64,000 nucleotides of DNA from Bacteroidia bacterium (GTDB lineage Bacteria > Bacteroidota > Bacteroidia > M30B66), in contig OZ257142.1 of assembly GCA_965279035.1 (NCBI GenBank), positions 3,424,001-3,488,000 of the forward strand, written 5' to 3'. Shown here piece by piece: positions 33,123 through 41,579 of the stretch. Under the pieces are notes generated by a model. The model saw only the letters and a list, made by a program, of their open reading frames with translations. It searched no databases and was not told where the DNA came from. How positions within the stretch are numbered: position 1 is the stretch's first letter; each line of letters begins with the position of its first letter. The position numbers and the translations under genes are program-made.

Positions 33123-33358
33123 AACTAGCAAAGGCATTTTCATTCGATTTCATTCTAGTAAAATATCAAGCAAACAAAGCCGTGAAAAATATTTCAGCTG
33201 ATTTTGACTTCTGCCCTATTCTTGGCTTATTTTGAACTTGCAAAATCTAAGGCGATTTTTTCTACTCGATTCCAGCTAAAAACAGTTTTACAAATTGCAT
33301 GAATAACTCATTTGTGCAAAATGTTAGCCGACTTTGCGGAAGAGATTCGCGTTTCTTA

Positions 33359-33484
33359 TAACGTTCCGCACACACCTGAAGAGCCAAATGAGGTGAACGG
33401 AATGCTTTAGATTAGACGAATATAACAAGAAAATCGAATGCCTCAAACTCCCGAAATGCTTGGCTTTGCTGGTGTGTGCTGTTA
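33359..33484 (-). repeat. attC-like site 1 (resident family, empty)
   Basis: TAAC-GTTCC-GCACACACC..AGCCAA...TTGGCT..GGTGTGTGC-T-GTTA; the PIN gene stop overlaps its GTTA. Confidence 0.9.
33417..33447 (-). promoter_or_regulatory. Putative Bacteroidetes promoter inside the attC-like loop (representative copy)
   Basis: Minus strand TTTG-N19-TATATTCG versus consensus TTTG-N19-21-TAnnTTTG. Confidence 0.6.
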
Positions 33485-33904
33485 GCGGATGTCACCTATC
33501 CGTAAATATGTTTCTGGAGTCATTACTGATAAACTACTTTCCTTAAAATCTTTAATGTTTCTTGTCACGATTACTTTAATCTCTTTGTCATATTGCGCTG
33601 AGAAATTCTGTATCGCATCTTCAAAATCCTTAAATTCAGAATTTAGAGCTGCTAATATCGTTTCTTTATTTATTATCGCAATATCAATCATATTAATTAA
33701 CATCTTCAGATTCTCAATGACCTTCTCGTGTTTCGCTGTCTTTCTCAAAAGATAATACACATTACTTATTATCACAGGTGTTACAAAACCTGATATAACT
33801 TTCTTTTCACATAACATCAATATTTTAGTGGCATCGTCCGAAAATGGTTTTCTGTCAAAAAAGAAGTCGAGTATTACATCTGTATCAATTAAAACTTTAT
33901 TCAT
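33482..33904 (-). CDS. PIN-domain toxin (VapC-like)
   Basis: LIDTDVILD, DFEDA, IVTRNxKDF. Confidence 0.9.
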   Translation of the reverse strand: MNKVLIDTDVILDFFFDRKPFSDDATKILMLCEKKVISGFVTPVIISNVYYLLRKTAKHEKVIENLKMLINMIDIAIINKETILAALNSEFKDFEDAIQNFSAQYDKEIKVIVTRNIKDFKESSLSVMTPETYLRIGDIR

Positions 33905-33906
33905 AC

Positions 33907-34164
33907 TTACAAATATTTTTTGGCAATTGCATCTGTAAGTTCTTTCTTGTAATCAAAATCTTTTGGTAATTTAAATGAACCTCGTAATTGCTTTACAGTT
34001 GGACTCAAATCTTTATCATCAATCTCCTTTTCATTAGTTAAAGCTTTAAGATAATTTTCTATTAGGTCAGACAGACTTCTTTCCCGTTCCCGCGCATATC
34101 TTTTAGCCTTCTCAATTATTGATTGCTCAATCGTAAGCGTTAGTTTCGTATTCATAACCTTCAT
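33907..34164 (-). CDS. Antitoxin, DUF6364-like ribbon-helix-helix
   Basis: TKLTLTI..IEKAKRYA..SLSDLIENYL; immediately upstream of the PIN gene. Confidence 0.8.
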   Translation of the reverse strand: MKVMNTKLTLTIEQSIIEKAKRYARERERSLSDLIENYLKALTNEKEIDDKDLSPTVKQLRGSFKLPKDFDYKKELTDAIAKKYL

Positions 34165-34267
34165 TTTTCACAAAAGTAATAAAATTTTCAATATACACGT
34201 GCAAATATATCCAAATGAATACGTGTCGTTTGTTGGTGATTTCCGCTAACCTTTAGACTTGCAGTCA

Positions 34268-34457
34268 AAGATTTTAGCTGATAAATTTACCATAAATAAA
34301 TGTAGTTAACCGAAAGCAGGGCGACCTATGCGCTAACAAGGATAATAGGCCTATGGAACGATATAGTGCCCTACTTTCTGGTTATTTAAGCCTCAGATAG
34401 ATATTCGGGATTCAGGCCCATTATAAAGGTTTTGAGGTACAAATAACCATTGGTTAA
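34268..34457 (+). ncRNA. Predicted IS110 bridge RNA (copy 1; 5' end approximate)
   Basis: Two stem-bounded internal loops. LTG CGCTAAC 34331-34337; RTG GGAACG(AT) 34355-34362; LDG ATAGATAT 34397-34404; RDG TAAAGG(TT) 34424-34431. Confidence 0.85.
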
Positions 34458-34480
34458 TCCGTTTTGCTAATTATAAAATT

Positions 34481-35494
34481 ATGAATTCAAACCAGAACAA
34501 CCAAAAACATTTTGTAGGAACAGATGTTTCAAAAGAAACACTTGATGTAACGATCTTTTTCAACTCCTCAATGCATTTTCATCAGCAATTTTCAAATGAC
34601 AGCAAGGGCTTTAAGCAATTGCTGAAATGGCTAGAAACCTATCCTGAATTCAGTTTTGAAAATACTTTATTCTGCATGGAACATACAGGAATTTACACTC
34701 GTCAGTTTGTTGAATTCCTCCTTTCGAAAGAAGCAAAGGTATGGATGGAGTCGGCACTGCATTTAAAGCGTTCTATGGGCATGACAAGGGGCAAAAGTGA
34801 TAAGATCGATTCACTGCGAATTGCACGCTATGCAATGACTCATCAGGACCAAGCCAGGCTCGTAAATCTTTCCAATAAAACATTGTTGCTTATCAAAGAC
34901 CTTATGAGTGCAAGAGAGCGGAGTAAAAAGGCCTACCAGTCCATAAAAGTCTCCATTGATGAAATGCAAAGAGTCGATGCAGCAACAGCAAAAGAGCTCT
35001 TGAGGATTAATAAACCAGCCCTTTCTGGATTATTGAAAAGCAAGATGGCGTTGGAAAAACGGATGATGGAATTAATAGCGATGGATCCTGAACTGAACGA
35101 GCTATTTGAGCTGGTTACTTCTGTCAAAGGTGTGGGTAATGTATTGGCAACCGAACTGATTGTTTATACACATGCATTTAAAAGAATGGATGAAGCCAAA
35201 CAACTGGCCTGCTATTGCGGAGTCGCTCCTTTTTCTCATACTTCCGGCACGAGTGTGCATGGAAGAAATGGAACTTCAAACTTTGCTAACATGGGACTTA
35301 AATCAACTTTACACTTGGCTGCACTTTCTTCAATTCGTTACGTACCTGAGCTTAAAACATATTATCAGAGGAAAGTAGCTGAGGGAAAATCCAAAATGAG
35401 CGTAATTAATGCCGTGCGGAATAAACTGTTGCAACGTGTCTTAGCAGTGGTAAAAAGAGGAACGCCTTACCAAGAAAATTATCAAGTAAATTAA
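34481..35494 (+). CDS. IS110-family DEDD recombinase
   Basis: GTDVSK, CMEHTG, KSDKIDS (DEDD RuvC-like); C-terminal YCGVAP..SGTS. Confidence 0.95.
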   Translation: MNSNQNNQKHFVGTDVSKETLDVTIFFNSSMHFHQQFSNDSKGFKQLLKWLETYPEFSFENTLFCMEHTGIYTRQFVEFLLSKEAKVWMESALHLKRSMGMTRGKSDKIDSLRIARYAMTHQDQARLVNLSNKTLLLIKDLMSARERSKKAYQSIKVSIDEMQRVDAATAKELLRINKPALSGLLKSKMALEKRMMELIAMDPELNELFELVTSVKGVGNVLATELIVYTHAFKRMDEAKQLACYCGVAPFSHTSGTSVHGRNGTSNFANMGLKSTLHLAALSSIRYVPELKTYYQRKVAEGKSKMSVINAVRNKLLQRVLAVVKRGTPYQENYQVN

Positions 35495-35514
35495 TTTGGA
35501 AAACTCATAGATAT

Positions 35515-35637
35515 CGTTCCGCACACACCTGAAGAGCCAAATGAGATGAACGAAATGCTTTATATTAGACGAATATAACAAGAAAAACGAATGCCTCATA
35601 CTCCCGAAATGCTTGGCTTTGCTGGTGTGTGCTGTTA
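35515..35637 (-). repeat. attC-like site 2 (resident family, interrupted by IS110)
   Basis: Same repeat as site 1; its TAAC lies at 34247-34250. Confidence 0.9.
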
Positions 35638-35645
35638 GCTGTAGT

Positions 35646-36287
35646 TTATTTATTACTCCAGAATTCTTCAGTTAAATAAAAAACAGTGTCAATAAAATAA
35701 AGGACATTATTTCTAGTCAACACATTTTCATCATGCAAATCTTCGAGTATAATTCCTAAATTTTGATTAAAGTAATCGTTGTTTCTAGTATTTTGAAATC
35801 CATTTGAAGTCAAAAACTCTTTTAATTGATTTAAATCTGTATTACTTGTTATTGTAACATATGATTGTTGAACAACAGCATAAAGAATTTCATTCTCCTT
35901 GGTAAATCCAAGCAATTCATATGCAGTATCTTCAAAAAAAAAATTATGAATCAACAAATTATAAAAGTAATCTCTCCAACTGCTATAATAAATTCCATCA
36001 TTTAACTTTAAAACATGATCAGAGTTTTTGAGATACACTCTTTGCTCTGCTCCTTCACTTACATACTGAGTAAAATCAATATCAGATATCCAAAGCTTAT
36101 TTTCTGAAACAAAGATTTCTAATCTCTTTGCTTCTTGTTCTTTGAATTGCTTTGAGTTTTCAATTTTTGAGCCTGGTTGCGAGCCTTTGCTAAGGTAACT
36201 GGCGACTGATTGGATAGTTGTTCCAAACCTAACTTGGCTCTTTCCTGAAATGACATCATAAAGTTCTTGTTTAAGTTGGTCTTGCAT
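35646..36287 (-). CDS. Protein kinase-like protein (polyvalent-protein kinase type)
   Basis: EGAEQRVY, VLKLN, DLHDENVL, FIDT kinase-fold motifs. Confidence 0.65.
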   Translation of the reverse strand: MQDQLKQELYDVISGKSQVRFGTTIQSVASYLSKGSQPGSKIENSKQFKEQEAKRLEIFVSENKLWISDIDFTQYVSEGAEQRVYLKNSDHVLKLNDGIYYSSWRDYFYNLLIHNFFFEDTAYELLGFTKENEILYAVVQQSYVTITSNTDLNQLKEFLTSNGFQNTRNNDYFNQNLGIILEDLHDENVLTRNNVLYFIDTVFYLTEEFWSNK

Positions 36288-36356
36288 TAAAGCAAAGATA
36301 AGAAATGATTTTATAAGTCGGAATGCTTGTTTATCAGCGATTTACTAAATTACAGC

Positions 36357-36482
36357 TAACGTTTCGGGGGTTTGCGATGGCGGGGAGTTTTAGCACTAAA
36401 CTTCATTCGGAGAACTGAACTTCCACTAACCACAAATGTGTCTGCGAAGCACGGAACCCCCGCTATCGCAAACCCCATGTTA
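36357..36482 (-). repeat. attC-like site 3 (divergent family)
   Basis: TAAC..GGGGTTTGCGATGGCGGGG...CCCCGCTATCGCAAACCCC..GTTA. Confidence 0.9.
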
Positions 36483-36586
36483 GCGGATGCCCTTCTTCCC
36501 ATTCCACGAAGGTATGCACTTTATTTTGTCGCACAATTGTCTGATTAAATTTTTTGTCGTCAAAAGTTGTCAGCAAGTAACCACAC

Positions 36587-36620
36587 AAAAAATAAGCAGG
36601 GGTGGCGAAGCCACCCCTGC
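36587..36620 (-). terminator. Intrinsic terminator of the viperin unit
   Basis: 11-bp stem GCAGGGGTGGC/GCCACCCCTGC followed by TTATTTTTT on the minus strand. Confidence 0.8.
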
Positions 36621-36625
36621 CTTTA

Positions 36626-36784
36626 CTACTTGTCTTTTCCCTTTGGCGGCACAGGAGGCTGCTGTTTAGGGTCAAGTTGTTTGCCTCTGTTACCTTGATT
36701 TTTGTCATAGGTTTCGTTTGTGCCAGAGGTCCCTTTGTTCGGATTTTTTATGTCCGCTTCGTGATTTTTTTCTTTCTCACTCAT
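36626..36784 (-). CDS. Small 52-aa hydrophilic protein downstream of viperin
   Basis: Manual translation MSEKEKNHEADIKNPNKGTSGTNETYDKNQGNRGKQLDPKQQPPVPPKGKDK; ends just before the terminator. Confidence 0.6.
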   Translation of the reverse strand: MSEKEKNHEADIKNPNKGTSGTNETYDKNQGNRGKQLDPKQQPPVPPKGKDK

Positions 36785-36872
36785 TGTTTTTGGATTTAAC
36801 TGTGATGCTTCAATTTCTGCGTTTCTGCTTCCGCCCCTTAGTTTTAGTTGGACTTCGGTTTAACCAATATTT

Positions 36873-37739
36873 TTAGTTAACCGTTGTCCAGTTGTAGATG
36901 CCGCCTCTTGAAACAAACTTTGAAAAGTCGTAGCTCATTTGCTGAATAGCAAGTCTTGCCCCGATGTCTAAAATTGGTTTGCTGTAAATGTGTCCGCCTG
37001 TTGTGTTGTCGTAAAACCTGCCTGCTGGGTCAACCATAGCATAAGAACCAGTCATTTGATTGTTGTTCTCGGGAACTATGCTTGTAATGTCCAGAAGTCC
37101 TTTGTGGTTATCAATAAAAAATTGAAATTGCTCGTTTGTGATTTTGAATTTGTCAATGTTCAAATCGTTCTGTCCTTTCATTGGCAAAACTTGGAATAGT
37201 TTCCATCGTTTTGGTTTTGCATAACGGATAAACTCGCTCAAGTTTTCGTTGCAGTTCTTGCTACTTACAACTGTATTTATTTTTAGTCCATAACCGTGTT
37301 CTTTTATTCTGTCAACAAGCGAAGTGTAGTAGTCAATTTGTAAAGGTGTCTTGCCCGAAATTGCTCTGCCGGTTTCAATGTTTGTGTTAGCGTTTAAACT
37401 GTCAATGCTTACGGAAATCCAGTCAAGGTGCTGCTGATTAGCTTGCAAAAAACTGTCAGTAAGTTTACTGCCGTTGCTCACAATCATTGTTGTAAGTCCT
37501 GCTTGCTTGGCGGTTGTAATTAAATCGGGAAGCCAAGGGCAAAGAGTTGGTTCGCCTCCTGCGAAAGTGATTTTCTCAAAGCCAATTTCAGCAAGATGAA
37601 GGACTACTTCAATTGCTTGTTCTTTTGGTAAATGTCCTTTTGGTAAAATGCTTTGCTTAACATCTTGAAAGGTTGCGAAGCAAAACTTGCAACGCATGTT
37701 GCATGGCTCCCATAAATGAAAATTGACTGCTGGAATCAT
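36873..37739 (-). CDS. pVip: Prokaryotic viperin (radical SAM antiviral nucleotide dehydratase)
   Basis: VNFHLWEPCNMRCKFCFATF, KITFAGGEPTL, KINTVV, RWKLFQVL, SYAMVDPAGRF, RGGxYxW. Confidence 0.92.
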   Translation of the reverse strand: MIPAVNFHLWEPCNMRCKFCFATFQDVKQSILPKGHLPKEQAIEVVLHLAEIGFEKITFAGGEPTLCPWLPDLITTAKQAGLTTMIVSNGSKLTDSFLQANQQHLDWISVSIDSLNANTNIETGRAISGKTPLQIDYYTSLVDRIKEHGYGLKINTVVSSKNCNENLSEFIRYAKPKRWKLFQVLPMKGQNDLNIDKFKITNEQFQFFIDNHKGLLDITSIVPENNNQMTGSYAMVDPAGRFYDNTTGGHIYSKPILDIGARLAIQQMSYDFSKFVSRGGIYNWTTVN

Positions 37740-37821
37740 TTGTGTGTTTTTTAGTTTAACGACACAAATATTCAGCGACTTTTTAGGTCAGATTCTATTT
37801 GGAAAATAGAAACTTATTGAA

Positions 37822-37850
37822 AGTAATGAGTTGGCTTTTTTGAGTAATGA
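37822..37850 (-). promoter_or_regulatory. Candidate LytTR operator upstream of viperin
   Basis: Direct repeat AGTAATGA at 37822 and 37843 (21-bp period). Confidence 0.5.
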
Positions 37851-37856
37851 AATAGG

Positions 37857-38597
37857 TCAAGGCATCCGAAAATTCTCTGAGGTTTTTAAAAGTTTTGTTT
37901 CAATTTTTCCATTTTGGTTCATCACTTCAACTTCAATCTCACGACTTCCTTTCTTTCTTGGTTTAACATGCTTTTCGTTCACCACAACACCTCTGATAAT
38001 TTCCAAAAACTTTTGTTTGCTAAATCCTTTCTCGTGCATTTTAGCTATTGTAAAATCAATAAGTATTTCTGGTTTTCGGTCTATGAAGTAAATGATTTTG
38101 TTGTTTGATTCCGCACCATTTGCCTTGTCTGAACATAGATAAACTATAGTGTCAACCACTATTTTATTTTTTTTGCTCTCTGCAAAATCAAGGTTAATGT
38201 ATTTGGAAGTTATTTCTTCTCTCACTTCGTTGAGAAACTTTGTCGCCTTTTTAAGAAACTCCTTTTCCGTAAATGGTTTTGTAATGTGGTCAACAATTAA
38301 ATCAAATTCGCTTTCCAATTTTTCAATCTCTTTCAAATTCGCTGCGTTGTGTCCGCTAACAAACAATACTGGAAGTTTAAGTTTGTAAGCTACCTCTAAA
38401 CCATTCATGTTACTGCCACCGCCTAAATCAATGTCAAGAAGCAAAGCGTCAGCTTTGCTTGTTTTTTCATTGTTTAAAAAGTCGGTGGAGTTTGTTGCGA
38501 AAGCAACAACTTCAACTAACTCTGTCGCTTCCAAATTTTGTTTATGGTCTTTCAGTAGCGAAGGATTGTCTTCTAAAATTGCAACTTTAAGTTTCAT
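37857..38597 (-). CDS. LytTR-type response regulator
   Basis: Receiver domain VAILED, LLDIDL, ITKPF; degenerate LytTR C-terminus; start MKLKV overlaps the kinase stop (TAATG). Confidence 0.8.
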   Translation of the reverse strand: MKLKVAILEDNPSLLKDHKQNLEATELVEVVAFATNSTDFLNNEKTSKADALLLDIDLGGGSNMNGLEVAYKLKLPVLFVSGHNAANLKEIEKLESEFDLIVDHITKPFTEKEFLKKATKFLNEVREEITSKYINLDFAESKKNKIVVDTIVYLCSDKANGAESNNKIIYFIDRKPEILIDFTIAKMHEKGFSKQKFLEIIRGVVVNEKHVKPRKKGSREIEVEVMNQNGKIETKLLKTSENFRMP

Positions 38598-39310
38598 TAA
38601 AAGCGAATGATTAAAGTTGAAATATACTGTTGCTCGTTGCAACTATTTTTAAGGTCAAATTTTCCTGTCAGCAGAAGGTCTAATCGTTTTCTCATGTTGC
38701 TCAATCCAATTCCGCCTTTCGTTTCTCTTGGGTTTGGAATAATTCTGTTTACCACATTCAATTCAAAAGTTGTGTCCGAAAGTTTGAGTGTGATTTTCAA
38801 AAACTCTGGATGGTTTCTATCTCCGTGTTTGAAAGCGTTCTCAACGAAGTAAGCCGTTATCAGGTGAGGAACGCAAGCCGTTGTAAAAAATTTTGAGTTT
38901 GTATTCACTTGCGACTTGTCAATTTTTATGCTGTCAATTTGATAAACAAAATTTCCTTGAAGTGCTTTATACTTTTCAAGAAAGTTCAACTCCTCTTGAA
39001 TACTTACAAGATGTTTGTTGCCGTGATATAAAATGTAGTCAAGCGTTTCAGCAAGCGATTCAGAACCTTTGTAAAGATTTTTGGCTGCAACATTAAGCGT
39101 TGAAACCATGTTGCGTAGAGTGTGAGGTTGCAACTGAAATTTCAAATGCTCTGCCTCAAGTAAAGCGTTGTCGGCAATGAGTTTTGCGTTTTCCCTTGCA
39201 AGTTTGTCCCGCTGCTTTTTCTCTGCTTTCAGTTTGGAGTAAAGCCAAATACTGAGAACAATGAAAACTACAATTATGAAAATTAGTCCTTCGTTATCTT
39301 CCATTGTCAA
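38597..39310 (-). CDS. LytS-type histidine kinase with one TM and no obvious sensor domain
   Basis: LKFQLQPHTLRN, ENAFKHG, GGIGLSNMRKRL. Confidence 0.85.
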   Translation of the reverse strand: MTMEDNEGLIFIIVVFIVLSIWLYSKLKAEKKQRDKLARENAKLIADNALLEAEHLKFQLQPHTLRNMVSTLNVAAKNLYKGSESLAETLDYILYHGNKHLVSIQEELNFLEKYKALQGNFVYQIDSIKIDKSQVNTNSKFFTTACVPHLITAYFVENAFKHGDRNHPEFLKITLKLSDTTFELNVVNRIIPNPRETKGGIGLSNMRKRLDLLLTGKFDLKNSCNEQQYISTLIIRF

Positions 39311-39380
39311 GTTTACTAAAAGTCGTCATATTTTGCTGTCGGTTGATGGTTGCACGGTCGCTCATAGGGTTTCCGCTAAC

Positions 39381-40645
39381 CTTTAGACTTGCAGTCAAAG
39401 ATTTTAGCTGATAAATTTACCATAAATAAATGTAGTTAACCGAAAGCAGGGCGACCTATGCGCTAACAAGGATAATAGGCCTATGGAACGATATAGTGCC
39501 CTACTTTCTGGTTATTTAAGCCTCAGATAGATATTCGGGATTCAGGCCCATTATAAAGGTTTTGAGGTACAAATAACCATTGGTTAATCCGTTTTGCTAA
39601 TTATAAAATTATGAATTCAAACCAGAACAACCAAAAACATTTTGTAGGAACAGATGTTTCAAAAGAAACACTTGATGTAACGATCTTTTTCAACTCCTCA
39701 ATGCATTTTCATCAGCAATTTTCAAATGACAGCAAGGGCTTTAAGCAATTGCTGAAATGGCTAGAAACCTATCCTGAATTCAGTTTTGAAAATACTTTAT
39801 TCTGCATGGAACATACAGGAATTTACACTCGTCAGTTTGTTGAATTCCTCCTTTCGAAAGAAGCAAAGGTATGGATGGAGTCGGCACTGCATTTAAAGCG
39901 TTCTATGGGCATGACAAGGGGCAAAAGTGATAAGATCGATTCACTGCGAATTGCACGCTATGCAATGACTCATCAGGACCAAGCCAGGCTCGTAAATCTT
40001 TCCAATAAAACATTGTTGCTTATCAAAGACCTTATGAGTGCAAGAGAGCGGAGTAAAAAGGCCTACCAGTCCATAAAAGTCTCCATTGATGAAATGCAAA
40101 GAGTCGATGCAGCAACAGCAAAAGAGCTCTTGAGGATTAATAAACCAGCCCTTTCTGGATTATTGAAAAGCAAGATGGCGTTGGAAAAACGGATGATGGA
40201 ATTAATAGCGATGGATCCTGAACTGAACGAGCTATTTGAGCTGGTTACTTCTGTCAAAGGTGTGGGTAATGTATTGGCAACCGAACTGATTGTTTATACA
40301 CATGCATTTAAAAGAATGGATGAAGCCAAACAACTGGCCTGCTATTGCGGAGTCGCTCCTTTTTCTCATACTTCCGGCACGAGTGTGCATGGAAGAAATG
40401 GAACTTCAAACTTTGCTAACATGGGACTTAAATCAACTTTACACTTGGCTGCACTTTCTTCAATTCGTTACGTACCTGAGCTTAAAACATATTATCAGAG
40501 GAAAGTAGCTGAGGGAAAATCCAAAATGAGCGTAATTAATGCCGTGCGGAATAAACTGTTGCAACGTGTCTTAGCAGTGGTAAAAAGAGGAACGCCTTAC
40601 CAAGAAAATTATCAAGTAAATTAATTTGGAAAACTCATAGATATC
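39381..40645 (+). mobile_element. IS110 copy 2 in attC-like site 4 (bridge RNA ~39398-39587)
   Basis: Same ends and junctions as copy 1. Confidence 0.95.
39611..40624 (+). CDS. IS110 recombinase
   Basis: Identical translation to copy 1. Confidence 0.95.
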   Translation: MNSNQNNQKHFVGTDVSKETLDVTIFFNSSMHFHQQFSNDSKGFKQLLKWLETYPEFSFENTLFCMEHTGIYTRQFVEFLLSKEAKVWMESALHLKRSMGMTRGKSDKIDSLRIARYAMTHQDQARLVNLSNKTLLLIKDLMSARERSKKAYQSIKVSIDEMQRVDAATAKELLRINKPALSGLLKSKMALEKRMMELIAMDPELNELFELVTSVKGVGNVLATELIVYTHAFKRMDEAKQLACYCGVAPFSHTSGTSVHGRNGTSNFANMGLKSTLHLAALSSIRYVPELKTYYQRKVAEGKSKMSVINAVRNKLLQRVLAVVKRGTPYQENYQVN

Positions 40646-40767
40646 GTTCCGCACACACCTGAAGAGCCAAACGAGGTGAACGAAATGCTTTAGATTAGAC
40701 GAATATAACAAGAAAAACGGATGCTTCAAACTCCCGAAATGCTTGGCTTTGCTGGTGTGTGCTGTTA
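40645..40767 (-). repeat. attC-like site 4 (interrupted by IS110)
   Basis: Resident family repeat. Confidence 0.9.
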
Positions 40768-40929
40768 TGGGCTGGTTTTCTTTCTTTATAGACAGTAAAG
40801 GCAAGTTGTTCTGTCTTGTGAGCCTCAATTAATTCTGTAGTGTCCTTGTCAGGAAAAGCAACAATCAGATAATTTCCTCTTGCCAAAATCTAATTTCCCA
40901 TGCCAATTTGATCTTGGTGGGACTGTTGA

Positions 40930-41340
40930 TTATTCATAGCGGTGTGATTTTTCACTAAATTTTATATCGTAAATTGTCACAAGGCCATTTTTATTTTTAA
41001 TAATAATATTGTTTCCACATACATTTTTTACGCTATCACCATCATATAAATATTTATTAGATATTTCATTAAATTTTTGGTCATAAATTGTTACTCGATT
41101 ATCTTTAGATGTTACCACAATAATCTCAGGCGAGAAACCTGAGAGTTCGTCACCATCGAAAATATATTTACGAGATATTTCACTATAATTTGAATTCCAC
41201 ACAGTCAATCTTCCATCACTTGATTTTGAAATATCAGCTATGTCTTGACCATATGATAAAATTGTAGTTAACGCTAAGGCGGAAACTAAAAGAAACTTCT
41301 TCATTTTTATTTGAATTAAATTTTTGTTGCTATTCCTCAT
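40930..41340 (-). CDS. Small secreted protein with three internal repeats
   Basis: Signal peptide MKKFLLVS; repeats of RxTxx(D/N)xxFxEIS..Y. Confidence 0.7.
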   Translation of the reverse strand: MRNSNKNLIQIKMKKFLLVSALALTTILSYGQDIADISKSSDGRLTVWNSNYSEISRKYIFDGDELSGFSPEIIVVTSKDNRVTIYDQKFNEISNKYLYDGDSVKNVCGNNIIIKNKNGLVTIYDIKFSEKSHRYE

Positions 41341-41454
41341 GATGTTCGGAATACTCTCTGTTTTTTTGGTGGTTATATTGTATCAACTATTCAGTTGTTT
41401 GTCTCTTTTTATGGTCAATCTTTCTTGAACTGCGATGTCTTTTAAACTTGCCCA

Positions 41455-41579
41455 TAACGGTCCGGCGATTTGCGAATGCGCGGAACAGTTTACCCAAATG
41501 TATCAAAACAAACGAAATGTTTCAATCAGAAAAATGACTTATAGAACGAAAATGCCCGCGTATCGCAGATTGCCTGTTA
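41455..41579 (-). repeat. attC-like site 5 (divergent)
   Basis: TAAC-GGTCC-GGCGATTTGCGA...TCGCAGATTGCC-T-GTTA. Confidence 0.88.

Larger units (their letters stand above)
34251..35515 (+). mobile_element. IS110-family element copy 1 (1265 bp), inserted in attC-like site 2
   Basis: TAAC|CTTTAGAC...AGATATC|GTTCCGC versus empty site TAACGTTCCGC; no terminal IRs or TSD. Confidence 0.95.

Noticed and set aside
33304-33326. Short TAAC...GTTA hairpin as attI or a 17th site
   Set aside because: Only ~23 bp, at the distal end of the array, with no matching cassette ends.
34933-35378. 64-aa and 72-aa ORFs repeated in each IS110 copy
   Set aside because: Shadow ORFs of the transposase, repeated only because the IS copies are identical.
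34481-35494. IS110 recombinase as the array's cassette integrase
   Set aside because: Its donor loop specifies its own ends, and ten sites including divergent families have no IS. There is no sequence evidence that it moves cassettes, though this is not formally excluded.
34251-40645. Composite transposons formed by pairs of IS110 copies
   Set aside because: Each copy sits at an equivalent point in a hairpin site and cassette ends match independently of the IS, so independent targeted insertions are simpler.
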